Of a DNA stretch of 64,000 nucleotides, positions 19,011 to 28,536 are shown piece by piece. The notes beneath the pieces are model-generated. The model ran no database searches and was not told the DNA's origin. It saw nothing but the letters and a program-made list of their open reading frames with translations. This DNA comes from Desulfitobacteriaceae bacterium (GTDB lineage: Bacteria > Bacillota > Desulfitobacteriia > Desulfitobacteriales > Desulfitobacteriaceae): assembly GCA_049302575.1 (NCBI GenBank), contig JBAQMG010000027.1:840-64839 (forward strand), read 5' to 3'. Made by a program: the position numbers and the translations under genes. How positions within the stretch are numbered: the first letter of the stretch is position 1; each line of letters opens with the position of its first letter.

Positions 19011-19042
19011 TCGAATATCGCGCATCGAGCCTCGTGCATCGA
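19011..19042. repeat. TCGAATA/TCGAGCC-type short repeat block between the T-box terminator and the ileS RBS
   Basis: The sequence reads tcgaata tcgcgca tcgagcc tcgtgca tcgaaaa, in strict 7-nt phase. Confidence 0.8.
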
Positions 19043-19062
19043 AAAAACCTAGGAGGTAAAAA

Positions 19063-21834
19063 ATGGATTATCGTGATACATTGAATTTACCAGAAACTGA
19101 TTTTCCCATGCGTGGGAATCTTCCTCAGCGGGAACCGGAAATATTAAAGTCGTGGGAGGAAGCAAACTTATATGAGCAGGTTCAAAAGGCTCGTGTTGGG
19201 TACCCACGCTTTGTTTTACATGATGGACCACCCTATGCCAATGGGGATATTCATCTTGGCCACGCTCTCAATAAAATCTTAAAAGATATTATCGTAAAAT
19301 ATAAAACCATGGCAGGTTTTGATGCTCCGTATGTACCAGGGTGGGATACTCATGGTCTTCCTATCGAACAACAAGTAATTAAGAAGCTTGGTCTGAATAG
19401 GCATGCGGTTTCGCCGTTGGAGTTTCGGGCTAAATGTAGGGAATATGCTGAAAAGTATGTAAATATTCAACGTGAGCAATTTAAACGTTTAGGGATTCGA
19501 GGGGATTGGGATCACCCCTATCTTACCTTGCAAAAGGAGTATGAAGCAGCTCAAATCGGTGTATTTGGAGAAATGGCTAAGAAAGGGTATATCTACAAAG
19601 GCTTAAAACCTGTGTACTGGTGTCCTTCTTGTGAAACAGCTTTAGCCGAGGCTGAGATAGAATATGCTGATAAAACGTCAACAGCAGTTTATGTTAAGTT
19701 CCAAGTTCGGGATGGACGGGGAGTTTTGAGTGAAGATCGGAATTTCGTGGTGATTTGGACGACTACTCCGTGGACGCTACCAGCTAATTTAGCGATTAGT
19801 GTGCATCCAGAATTTACTTATGCGGTAGTAAAAGTTGGCGAGGAATCCTGGGTGGTAGCAGAAGGAATGCTTGCTGCTCTACGTACTTTATGGAACCTCG
19901 AACTACCCATAGAAAAAAGCATTTTAGGTAAAGAACTCGAAGGCGTCATTTGTCTAAATCCTCTGGTAGATAGGGATTCGGTGCTTATTTGTGGTGAACA
20001 TGTAACCTTAGAACAAGGAACAGGTTGTGTGCATACTGCTCCAGGGCATGGGGAAGATGACTTCATCATTGGTAAAAAATATGGTTTGCCGGTGCTTTGC
20101 CCCGTCGATCATCGGGGAAAATTTACGGATGAAGCAGGCGTTTACGTCGGCCTTAAGGTTGATAAGGCTAATCCGGTTATCGTTGAGGATTTAAGAAACA
20201 GTACTGCTTTGATTCACGATGAAAAGATTCAACATAGTTATCCCCATTGCTGGCGTTGTAAAAGTCCAATCATTTTTCGAGCTACTGAACAGTGGTTTGC
20301 TTCAATCGATGGTTTTAGGCAAGCAGCCTTGGCTGAAATAGAGCAAGTAAAGTGGATTCCTTCTTGGGGAAGGGATCGTATTTACAATATGGTTGCTGAT
20401 CGTGGTGACTGGTGCATATCTCGACAACGAACCTGGGGGGTACCCATTCCGATTTTTTACTGTGAAGCTTGTGGTAAAGAAACAATTAATACCGCAACTC
20501 TTACTAAAGTTCAGGAAATGTTTAGAACTGAAGGATCAGATGCTTGGTTCGCTCATTCAGCAGCAGAATTATTACCAGATGGCTTTACTTGCACATGTGG
20601 GGGTCGGGAATTTCGTAAAGAGACTGATATTATGGATGTCTGGTTTGATTCAGGGACCAGTCATACGGGTGTTTTACAACTGCGCGAAAACTTAAAGTGG
20701 CCCGCGGATCTCTATCTAGAAGGGTCTGATCAACACCGGGGTTGGTTTAATTCATCCTTATCAACCTCTGTAGCGGCCTACGGCAAAGCCCCTTATATGG
20801 CGGTCTTGACGCACGGTTTCTTAGTTGACGAACAAGGGCGAAAGATGTCTAAGTCCATGGGAAATGGTGTTGATCCTCTACAGGTGATCAAAGAAATGGG
20901 CGCTGATATTATTCGTTTATGGGTCTCTTCGGCGGATTATAAAAATGATGTGGCTGCTTCGCCCAGAATTATGAAGCAAATGACCGAGTCCTATCGTAAG
21001 ATTCGGAATACTTTACGCTTTTTATTAAGTAATCTTAAGGATTTTGACCCTGTCACGGATAAAGTAGTCTATAACGATTTACAGGAAATTGATTGTTGGG
21101 CTTTGCTCAAGTTGACTAAAGTAGTTGAGCGAGTGCTTCAAGGGTATGAAAACTATGAATTTCACTGGATTTACCATACCTTGCATAATTTCTGTACTGT
21201 AGAACTAAGTGCCATCTATCTGGATATTGTCAAAGATCGTCTTTATGTTGAGGGCAAGAAATCCGTCTTACGTAGGTCTGCTCAAACTGTGCTTTATGAA
21301 ATCTTAAATGCCTTGGTACGCTTACTTGCTCCTATCCTAACCTTTACTGCAGAAGAAATTTGGCCCTATGTACCGGGCGTAAGTAAGTCATCAAGGATTC
21401 AGACTGCTGAATTGCCCAAGGTCATGGAGGAATGGGTTGACGAGGAACTGGCCGAAAAATGGGATAAAGTGTTAGACCTGCGAACCGATGTGGCTAAGGT
21501 TTTGGAAAAAGCCCGGCAAGAAAAAATGATTAATCATCCTTTGACTGCCCAAGTTGAGCTTTATCCTACACTAGAACAATATGATTTTTTACAATTAGTT
21601 CCGAATTTAGCAGATATCTTTATCGTTTCTGCGCTAAATGTGCATCATCCTGAGGAACTTCGTCCGGAAGGGGTTTGGCAGGCAGAAGTACATGAAGGAT
21701 TAGCCATCTTAGTCAGCCCAGCTGAGGGAGGAAAATGTGAGCGCTGTTGGATCTTTAATAAGTCAATCGGAGAGCACCAAGACCATCCCACACTTTGCCC
21801 ACGTTGTGCTACAGTTGTAGGGCAACATAAATAA
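19063..21834 (+). CDS. ileS: Isoleucine--tRNA ligase (type 1, C-terminal zinc finger)
   Basis: 923 aa. The HIGH motif is [11 protein letters not shown]. The KMSKS motif is present. The C-terminus carries CERC....CPRC. Confidence 0.97.
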   Translation: MDYRDTLNLPETDFPMRGNLPQREPEILKSWEEANLYEQVQKARVGYPRFVLHDGPPYANGDIHLGHALNKILKDIIVKYKTMAGFDAPYVPGWDTHGLPIEQQVIKKLGLNRHAVSPLEFRAKCREYAEKYVNIQREQFKRLGIRGDWDHPYLTLQKEYEAAQIGVFGEMAKKGYIYKGLKPVYWCPSCETALAEAEIEYADKTSTAVYVKFQVRDGRGVLSEDRNFVVIWTTTPWTLPANLAISVHPEFTYAVVKVGEESWVVAEGMLAALRTLWNLELPIEKSILGKELEGVICLNPLVDRDSVLICGEHVTLEQGTGCVHTAPGHGEDDFIIGKKYGLPVLCPVDHRGKFTDEAGVYVGLKVDKANPVIVEDLRNSTALIHDEKIQHSYPHCWRCKSPIIFRATEQWFASIDGFRQAALAEIEQVKWIPSWGRDRIYNMVADRGDWCISRQRTWGVPIPIFYCEACGKETINTATLTKVQEMFRTEGSDAWFAHSAAELLPDGFTCTCGGREFRKETDIMDVWFDSGTSHTGVLQLRENLKWPADLYLEGSDQHRGWFNSSLSTSVAAYGKAPYMAVLTHGFLVDEQGRKMSKSMGNGVDPLQVIKEMGADIIRLWVSSADYKNDVAASPRIMKQMTESYRKIRNTLRFLLSNLKDFDPVTDKVVYNDLQEIDCWALLKLTKVVERVLQGYENYEFHWIYHTLHNFCTVELSAIYLDIVKDRLYVEGKKSVLRRSAQTVLYEILNALVRLLAPILTFTAEEIWPYVPGVSKSSRIQTAELPKVMEEWVDEELAEKWDKVLDLRTDVAKVLEKARQEKMINHPLTAQVELYPTLEQYDFLQLVPNLADIFIVSALNVHHPEELRPEGVWQAEVHEGLAILVSPAEGGKCERCWIFNKSIGEHQDHPTLCPRCATVVGQHK

Positions 21835-21851
21835 AAACAGTATCATTTTCT

Positions 21852-21881
21852 GGGACCTTGTTTGAAAGGTCCCTTTATTTT
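21852..21881 (+). terminator. Rho-independent terminator of ileS
   Basis: The stem gggacctt / aaggtccc has loop gtttga and is followed by tttatttt. Confidence 0.8.
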
Positions 21882-21989
21882 AGCAAAAAAGCAGGATTTA
21901 AGGAGTATTAGGTAGAAAACATTTAATTGTTGACTTTGTATATAATAGAAAGAAAACTAAGACCGAAGAACTTTTTGACCAGATATGTG

Positions 21990-22440
21990 ATACAGTCGTA
22001 GGGGGTGGCAGAAATACAGATTAAAGTTTTACGGGTTACTAGTACTATGGTTACTGCCTTAGCTAATGGGTGTCAGGCAATTGTCCCGGTTCTTACTCCT
22101 GAGGAGGCAATAGAAAAACGTTTGATGCTCCTAGGGGCTTTATTGGGTGGGGAACGCTAGGCTATGTGTATTGAGGGGTTTGATTTGGGGAACTCTCCTT
22201 TGACTATGTTCCCGAGATAGTAGGTGAAAATCGCGTTATTATGACTACGACGAATGACACCCGTGCTATTAGAGCCTGTAATACTCAGAGACTTGTTTCC
22301 TTGGGTTTTGAGGATGATGTTATTTTGTGCTACATCAAATATTTTGCCGATTGTACCAGTATTAGTTCAAGATGAAATTGTCTGGCTTACTGAAGAAACG
22401 AGTGGTAATAATAGTGAAAGTCAGGTTTTTTGATTAGGAT
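21990..22440 (+). pseudogene. comB: Decayed 2-phosphosulfolactate phosphatase (ComB-family) gene
   Basis: The translation reads KVLRVTSTMVTALANGCQAIVPVLTPEEAIEKR..LLGGER*..IEGFDLGNSP, then after a frameshift VIMTTTNDTRAI. There are in-frame TAG and TAG-TAG stops and at least one frameshift. Confidence 0.6.
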
Positions 22441-22604
22441 TAGGTGAGAAGATGTCTGTGTGACCCATCATGTTGGGTTTGCTGGAGGTGGTATTGACCG
22501 AGCCATTCTAATTACTTCTTTTCTAGCAAGATTAACGAAATAATTTGTAAACCAGTTTAAGGTTTAAGTACAAAACCTCGTTAGAAGTAAAGAACGATCG
22601 AAAA

Positions 22605-22634
22605 TTGTCGTTTTGAGGGAAAATGTAATATAAT
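22605..22634 (+). promoter_or_regulatory. Candidate sigma-A promoter for pduL
   Basis: TTGTCG at 22605-22610 is followed by an 18-nt spacer and TATAAT at 22629-22634. This call rests on sequence pattern only. Confidence 0.3.
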
Positions 22635-22691
22635 GGGGATTAGGAAATTTAACCTTCGTTTGGTAGATAACCGTACAGGAGGGTGATATTT

Positions 22692-23264
22692 ATGGCTTCT
22701 TTCCAAGTCCCCGTGGGGATTTCTAATCATCATGTACATTTGGCAGAATCAGATGTTGGAGTGTTATTTGGTACGGAGCATAAGCTGACTAATATCAAGG
22801 ATTTATCTCAACCTGGTCAGTTTGTCTGTGAAGAAATGGTTAGCTTAGTGGGTCCCAACGGTTCAATCAGTAATGTTCGTATTCTTGGTCCAGTGCGAAA
22901 GGCTTCACAAGTCGAATTATTAAACAGTGATACGTACAAACTTGGCATTTTCCCACCACTCAGGGATTCTGGGCAACATGAGGGAACTCTTGGCATAGAT
23001 GTAACTGGGCCTTCTGGAAGTATTCGATTGGAGAGCGGGGTTATGATCGCTGCTCGTCATATTCATATGACTTCGGAAGATGCTCAGAAATATCGGCTAA
23101 AAGATGGGGATCATGTTCGAGTAGCCGTTTCAGGACCCCGTGGAGGAATCTTTGACAAAGTTCTGATTAGGGTAAATCCTAATTATGCGTTAGACATGCA
23201 TGTAGATATTGATGAGGGTAATGCTTTTAGTCTTAAGAATGGGCAGTTCCTCGAGGTTTTGTAG
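22692..23264 (+). CDS. pduL: Phosphate propanoyltransferase PduL-like
   Basis: VPVGISNHHVHL...LSQPGQF.C.E.V.L.GP.G....VRILGP.R...QVE, and a second repeat IAARHIHM...G..V.V, match the duplicated PduL domain. The ATG at 22692, 8 nt after GGAGGG, is preferred. Confidence 0.85.
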   Translation: MASFQVPVGISNHHVHLAESDVGVLFGTEHKLTNIKDLSQPGQFVCEEMVSLVGPNGSISNVRILGPVRKASQVELLNSDTYKLGIFPPLRDSGQHEGTLGIDVTGPSGSIRLESGVMIAARHIHMTSEDAQKYRLKDGDHVRVAVSGPRGGIFDKVLIRVNPNYALDMHVDIDEGNAFSLKNGQFLEVL

Positions 23265-23422
23265 TAGATATTTAAAAACCGGTGAGTATTACGGGAATGG
23301 ATACCACCTTTTTGATATACCTGTCTTAAAAGTACAATTTTAGGGTAGCAAAAGTGCAGCTTGGGCATGGGGGGAATTGTATAATACTCATGCTTTATCT
23401 AAAAATGCTACCTATTTTATTT

Positions 23423-25846
23423 TTAAGGTTCAGAAGGAATAGGTTTTGCTTGCCGTTTTACTTTATTGCGCTTAAGCACAAGCGCAATGGTTATCCAAGT
23501 TAAAATTAAACCGACGGTGGTGGCAATCCATTGAGCAACAGTTGTAGCGGGAATATAAAATGTTTGGAGGCCAGAAGAATTTTCCATGCCTGCCCCAAGT
23601 AGAAGGTAATCAAGGCCAGGAATGAAATTTAAGCGATAGATAATATGTCCGGCCAGAACGAGAGGTGTTAAAGCAAAAACCAGTTTAACACGTAGGGAAG
23701 TGGCTTTTGTTTTAAAAGGTTTGGCAATCCACCAAGTAAAAAGTCCACTCAACAGGGCGGCTCCCCAATAAAAAAGACTAAACCAAACTTTCCAGGCAGT
23801 AGAAGGCCATTGTGCTCGTAATGGTTCAAAATAGATAATCGGAATTAAAACAGCAAACAAGATGGCGATAAAAATAACATATCCCTGGTTAACTCTTACG
23901 AGATGCCAAACTTCACGCCCAGGCATTCTTAAGTTGACTTGGACCGAACCGTTGGGACAATTGCGAACACAGTTAAAACACAGTTTGCAATTCAGATTAT
24001 TGTCTAAATAAGGTAGATGTTGAGACATTGGACAGCCTGCAACCCTATCTTTACCAACATAACACTCAAACGTAGTGCACTTATTTAAGCAAACGTCAGC
24101 ATCCGCTCTAACTTCTACCATCGAGCCTATCGAAGCTGTCCCAATAAATCCACCCAAAGGACAAAAATGATGGCACCAGGTATGGCGCGGATAGAGAATT
24201 CCGATTAAAATAGCCGCCGCTTGAACCGTAATTAACCAAGCAGCAGTATACGCTGGACTAAAACGCATGGCAGTAAAGACTTCAAACCATAAAATCAACA
24301 GAAATAAAAAACTGACCACCAGATAATCATACTTAATAAAAAAATCTGGAACTGGGCGATTGAGGTGTAACTTCTTTTGAATGAAATCCATGATCGTCGA
24401 AAAAGGACAGACACTACACCATAATCTACCTAAGAATGGAGAAATAATCACGAGTGCAGGCCACCATAAACCCCAAACCAAAACAAATATTTTGGTGGTA
24501 AGCGTGAGCGTTGGAGCAAAAAGCAATAATAAGACGATTATCGTAAAGATAAGAGCACTCACCAGCCGGAGACCAAGGATGAAGGTGCCCTTCTTAAAGA
24601 AATTTTCAATTTTTGGCCAAGATAAAAGGTTAAGGAGTAGACCGCTTTTTTCAGAAGTAGGTCCAAAAAATATTTGCTCTAAGCCAATAATATCTTTTTC
24701 TGCCAGAAAGAAGGCTCTTTCAATAACTTGGATTAATTCAGTAACGTTTCCTTGGCTGTAATGATGGGATAATAATAATTGGGTCGCTTCTTGATTAAGC
24801 ATTGGAACGTTTCGCTTGTTTTTAAGCGCCATTTTTTCGAGGATTCCTTGGGCAAGGATCGGAATATCTCTTTTGCGCTCGCGTAGGGGAGTAATTTCAT
24901 AAGTGTGAGTAAAACATTCCAGTAGTTCAGGAATTATTTTTGGTCCTGAGGCATCGGGTTCTGATTGTATACTTCCTATGATAGAGCATTTGTTATTCAA
25001 GGTTTTCAAAGCTTGGGATAGTTTGAGCTGGGTGTGTGGGGAAATAAGGTCTATTTCACCGATATATAAGGTTCCACCTTTGGCAATGTCGAAGAGACTG
25101 TTGTTTGGAATAGTAGTGGAGCCTTTCTGGCTGACTTGCACGACGATCAAGTCTCCCCATTGCTGATCGAAACGTCGCCCCTCTACAGTGATAAAAGGAA
25201 ATTTTTCACCGAAGCGACGTTGATGAACGTACCAGGCCATCATTTGGCGACCAGTACCCCGCTCCCCTTTTAAAAGTAAGTTTCCAGCTGATTGAGAAAG
25301 TTCCTCAAGTTTTCGCTCAGTTTCCTTGGTTGTTTTGACACTTCCCCAAAGACCGTAAAATTTTTCTTTATATTTGGTGAGTTGTAAACTCGAACGGAGA
25401 TATTCCTTGTATTTGGCTTCGGATAAGATTAGGTTGGTGTCATTCAGGTTTTGAAATACGCGACTCACAAACGTTTGGTTAAGATGCGGCCACCTGAGGA
25501 GCATCTGCCCAAAGCTTACAGCATCGAGCGCTAAAACTCGACATTGCTTAAGACAACGAATGCTTGTAGGGGAGGGCTTACCAGTTAGTAAAGAAAGGTC
25601 TCCAAAAACATCCCCTGGACCAAATGAATGGACTCGCCAGGGATGTCCTTCTTTATTAATAAAGACTGCTGCTTTACCCTCAACAAGGACATAAAAGGGA
25701 TTCTGTTCCTGATTCTGTTTAATGATTTCTGAACCCTCTTCATAGTCTTGCCATTGGAAGTCATTGGCGAGTTCAGTTAATTCCGCTGATGTTAACTCGG
25801 AAAAAAGCTCTAAGTTGGCTAGATTATAAACTTTGTCTTCAATCAT
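23423..25846 (-). CDS. Fusion protein with cyclic-nucleotide-binding domain, degenerate sigma54-type AAA+ domain and NapH/MauN-like membrane polyferredoxin
   Basis: 807 aa. The N-terminus has a CAP_ED-like pattern (FGDLSLLTGKPSPTSIRC). The central region aligns to NtrC-type AAA+ but has GERGTGRQ for GESGTGKE, GGTLYIGEI for GGTLFLDEI, no GAFTGA and no HTH. The tail SQGNVTELIQVIERA is conserved. The C-terminal ~400 aa has about 8 TM segments, two CxxCP motifs (WCSVCPF, CHHFCPLGG) and two ferredoxin clusters (CKLCFNCVRNCP). Confidence 0.8.
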   Translation of the reverse strand: MIEDKVYNLANLELFSELTSAELTELANDFQWQDYEEGSEIIKQNQEQNPFYVLVEGKAAVFINKEGHPWRVHSFGPGDVFGDLSLLTGKPSPTSIRCLKQCRVLALDAVSFGQMLLRWPHLNQTFVSRVFQNLNDTNLILSEAKYKEYLRSSLQLTKYKEKFYGLWGSVKTTKETERKLEELSQSAGNLLLKGERGTGRQMMAWYVHQRRFGEKFPFITVEGRRFDQQWGDLIVVQVSQKGSTTIPNNSLFDIAKGGTLYIGEIDLISPHTQLKLSQALKTLNNKCSIIGSIQSEPDASGPKIIPELLECFTHTYEITPLRERKRDIPILAQGILEKMALKNKRNVPMLNQEATQLLLSHHYSQGNVTELIQVIERAFFLAEKDIIGLEQIFFGPTSEKSGLLLNLLSWPKIENFFKKGTFILGLRLVSALIFTIIVLLLLFAPTLTLTTKIFVLVWGLWWPALVIISPFLGRLWCSVCPFSTIMDFIQKKLHLNRPVPDFFIKYDYLVVSFLFLLILWFEVFTAMRFSPAYTAAWLITVQAAAILIGILYPRHTWCHHFCPLGGFIGTASIGSMVEVRADADVCLNKCTTFECYVGKDRVAGCPMSQHLPYLDNNLNCKLCFNCVRNCPNGSVQVNLRMPGREVWHLVRVNQGYVIFIAILFAVLIPIIYFEPLRAQWPSTAWKVWFSLFYWGAALLSGLFTWWIAKPFKTKATSLRVKLVFALTPLVLAGHIIYRLNFIPGLDYLLLGAGMENSSGLQTFYIPATTVAQWIATTVGLILTWITIALVLKRNKVKRQAKPIPSEP

Positions 25847-26434
25847 AAGTCCTCCAATAGCATAAATTTATGAAATTAGCGGAGATCTTCATAATATCCA
25901 CTGATTATACTGTTTTTATTAATATAATGTATAAGGGGCGTTCTGCCAATATGCTCTTATTTCTGCAGATCAAGCCATTGCGATTATTGTTGATCCAGAA
26001 AGCTCTATATCACTGCTAATATTGAAGGAACGTTACTACTCGGGCATTGACCTTTCAAAAAAACCGAACAAAAACACCACCACCTGCTATAATAAAATAA
26101 AAACTTTGTGGGTGGTTATCGTATGAATGAGGAGAGCGTAATTAAATCTTACAATGAAGGTCATAGAAAAAAGAGACTTCTAAACACAGCCTGAGATAGA
26201 TAAATTTTCAATGAGTAACACTACGTTGTAGTATTAAGACTTATAAATTAATATACTGGGTCTCGTGAAAGGTAGAGAAGAGTAGTTCACTAAACTTCTC
26301 TTCTCTTGGCTACTCCATATTTAATAGATACCTAACTCTTTATGAAAATACTGAAATGTGGAATATCTACGCAACAATGCCTTGCCTAGCAAATGTTGTT
26401 TGCTTAATGCTTTTGTGTAAAGATTAATATATTA

Positions 26435-26758
26435 TTATAATCTTTGTTGAGTAAAATGTGCCTTGCCTCTTAGTGCATCAAATTCATTTTGCCGAATAAT
26501 AGGCTTGGTCGTATTGTCTATATACCTATTTTTATCAGTAATAACGATTGATTTCGATAAGTCTAACCCACATTTGTTTTGCTTGTCAGTTTGAACTACA
26601 TGATTATGGTTAATGTTTGAACGAAGTGGTATTGCGAAATCAAGATTGTTAATTGTGGCTATAATCATTATATATGGCCGATTATCCTTTTGTTCGATTT
26701 CAGAGCAGGTAATAAAATCATTATAAAACTCCCTTGTTAGAAATACATATTTTACCAC
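26435..26758 (-). CDS. Small hypothetical protein, possible ToxN/AbiQ-like (type III toxin-like) fold
   Basis: 107 aa from the GTG at 26758. That start is supported by a paralogous remnant at 57.2 kb that begins ATG-GTA-AAC-TAT. (M)VKYVFLTREFYNDF...DNRPYIMIIATINNLDFAIPLRSNINHNH loosely resembles the ToxN/AbiQ pattern (FY...RPY.G....I....YF.PLSS.K.KH). Family membership is not verified. Confidence 0.45.
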   Translation of the reverse strand: MVKYVFLTREFYNDFITCSEIEQKDNRPYIMIIATINNLDFAIPLRSNINHNHVVQTDKQNKCGLDLSKSIVITDKNRYIDNTTKPIIRQNEFDALRGKAHFTQQRL

Positions 26759-26822
26759 TCTTCCTCCATAATAAAATGACTCCGCTAATATTAGCGGAGT
26801 CATACATCTTCACATTGAGCTT
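26734..26822. repeat. Copy 1 of an ~88 bp direct repeat (partner at 57151-57238, ~92% identical)
   Basis: ttgttagaaatacata.tttacca...ttcctcc.taataaaatgactccgctaata(t)tagcggagtcatacatctt....ttgagctt is present at both loci in the same orientation. It covers the first 8 codons, the RBS, the palindrome and about 20 nt upstream. Confidence 0.85.
26776..26803 (-). terminator. Perfect 12-13 bp palindrome in the 5' UTR of the toxin-like gene (attenuator/terminator or operator)
   Basis: atgactccgctaa-ta-ttagcggagtcat is followed on the coding strand by tttattat and then the GGAGGA RBS. It is conserved in the second copy at 57193-57219. Confidence 0.5.
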
Positions 26823-26868
26823 TTTTTAGATTTACTTGCCCACGCTCTATGAGCAAATCTTCATATTT

Positions 26869-26897
26869 ATTATAAAACTATGGTTCTAAATTGTCAA
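26869..26897 (-). promoter_or_regulatory. Consensus sigma-A promoter driving the toxin-like cassette
   Basis: The minus strand reads TTGACA, then a 17-nt spacer (atttagaaccatagttt), then TATAAT. This is a perfect consensus with optimal spacing. Confidence 0.55.
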
Positions 26898-27103
26898 CCT
26901 CAAGAATTTAATTATTGATTCTTCAATAAACGTCATCTAACAATTATATAATCAGAGTTTTATATTTTATTATATGCTTAGGTTTTAAAAAATATACTTT
27001 TTTAACTATAACGTATAAGGACCATTTTGCAAATATGCCCCTGAACGCATGTCCAATCCAGAGCATAAAATGAACTCAGATAAGTTATCGAGGAGGGGGT
27101 AGT

Positions 27104-27238
27104 GTGGACCAAGCAACTTTAATTTCTCTAAAACGGCGCACGGACGATGTTTTATTAGAACAACGAGAGACGAATAAAAGTATAACCACACTGACTGAAA
27201 GGGTAACACGGGTAGAGGAAAACTCAAAATCCGCATAA
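27104..27238 (+). CDS. Possible 44-aa coiled-coil micro-ORF
   Basis: A GTG start lies 4 nt after GAGGAGGGGG. The translation is VDQATLISLKRRTDDVLLEQRETNKSITTLTERVTRVEENSKSA. It is followed by a hairpin at 27269-27292. It is too short to appear in the ORF track. Confidence 0.3.
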   Translation: MDQATLISLKRRTDDVLLEQRETNKSITTLTERVTRVEENSKSA

Positions 27239-27268
27239 CAAGTCCGAGCAAATCAAATAGCAAGATGT

Positions 27269-27292
27269 AAAGCAGGAAACGTCCTGCTTTTA
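27269..27292 (+). terminator. Hairpin after the micro-ORF
   Basis: The stem is agcagga-aacg-tcctgct, followed by ttta. Confidence 0.4.
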
Positions 27293-27420
27293 ACCGTTAA
27301 TTCCTATTTGGACAGCCCTATTGTAGGAAGATATTGTCTTTGCGAATTCGCAGTAAGTACTCTTAGGGTATTTACTGAATAGAGATAAGGTATGTATTAC
27401 ACAATTCGAGATGAGGTGGG

Positions 27421-28443
27421 GTGGAAGTGACTGAAACAAACCTAGTTTATAATAGTCATTTCCTGTTGTGGCAAGAAAGCAGGCTGGACTTTCCGGACGG
27501 TTGGCTTCAAACAGGCGGAGATACGGCAACGAAGTGGGAGTGGGTTGGCACTCCGGAAGGTTCAAGGGCTATTAAGATTGTCCATCCGTCGGGGCCGAGA
27601 GCGGGGATTACTCAAGAAAATAATGTCGTGATACCTGCTGGAGAAGGGCAGAGATGGGAAATCAGAGTTGTGCTTCAGACGGAGCCGGCGGAGATTCCTT
27701 GCTATATTCGAGTTTATCTTGGTGCAGTGAGCCAGTATTTAGTTTCCGTGCGACCAGGCTCAGGACCGGAAGAATATACCCGGGTTTTTTCCACGCCAGC
27801 AGGAGTAAATGGACTTCGGGTCGAGGTTGGGATTCTCGGAGAGGGAATAATTATAGTTCACGAGATTCAGGGCTGGAGGCTCTACCCCAAGCGAGAATTA
27901 CGGCTTGATGAAAAGGGGCAAATATACGTTCGTCACATCGATTCCATAGGGCAGATTCAAGCACCTGTCTCGGTGAGACTGGTGAGCCCTCTTCCGATAC
28001 CCGTCGATCTAAGAACACCCATAAGAGCTGACTTGCGGGATTTGACGCCTGCTCGTGATGGTCTAAAAATTTACGGTAGTAATGGAAATCCAATAATATC
28101 AACGAGTGATGGTGTAGTTCAAATTAAGATGTCTGGAAGAAAGTATATTCAAAGTGCAGAACCGGTGACCGCCTCTAATGTCTTCGGTTCAACCATACCT
28201 AGAGATGTAGCCGAGGTGAGTGTATATTCTTATGCTGTTCATAATATTGGCGGAGAAGGAGTATCGGTGCAATTACAAATCAGCCCGGATGGAGCAATTT
28301 GGACGGAGGATGATTTGGAACACGAGATATTACCGGGAGCACTTGAGGTTTTTACCCCAACTCACTTTCTCCGTTATGTACGCTTAATTTATCGTTCACA
28401 AGCTCTTAATCCTCTTACGGTGTGGTTTCAGGCTCAGGGTTAG
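27421..28443 (+). CDS. Uncharacterised two-part protein with an N-terminal jelly-roll/CBM-like region and a C-terminal domain shared with the 35487-36065 product
   Basis: 340 aa. The C-terminus VSVQLQISPDGAIWTEDD...FLRYVRLIYRS...LTVWFQAQG aligns with ALVKMQISPDGTNWLDET...FLKYARVYYSA...LNVFFQGEL of the paralog. From memory this may correspond to a DUF family annotated in Clostridia (possibly DUF6385). I cannot verify that here. Confidence 0.7.
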   Translation: MEVTETNLVYNSHFLLWQESRLDFPDGWLQTGGDTATKWEWVGTPEGSRAIKIVHPSGPRAGITQENNVVIPAGEGQRWEIRVVLQTEPAEIPCYIRVYLGAVSQYLVSVRPGSGPEEYTRVFSTPAGVNGLRVEVGILGEGIIIVHEIQGWRLYPKRELRLDEKGQIYVRHIDSIGQIQAPVSVRLVSPLPIPVDLRTPIRADLRDLTPARDGLKIYGSNGNPIISTSDGVVQIKMSGRKYIQSAEPVTASNVFGSTIPRDVAEVSVYSYAVHNIGGEGVSVQLQISPDGAIWTEDDLEHEILPGALEVFTPTHFLRYVRLIYRSQALNPLTVWFQAQG

Positions 28444-28536
28444 ATAAATCATTTAAGCGCAAAGAACTTAATGAGTTCTTAAGAATATAATGGGATAGAC
28501 GAACAGGAGAAGCGAACTTATAGAGGGGAGATTGTA

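Noticed and set aside
18877-19084. Two 60-67 aa ORFs upstream of ileS
   Set aside because: They overlap the T-box leader, including the conserved GGGTGGTNNCGCG box and terminator. This is a regulatory RNA, not coding sequence.
26804-26990. Canonical type III antitoxin, meaning tandem 34-45 nt repeats upstream of the toxin-like ORF
   Set aside because: I read the leader on the coding strand and found no tandem repeats. The locus is therefore reported only as a non-canonical candidate, not called as ToxIN/AbiQ.
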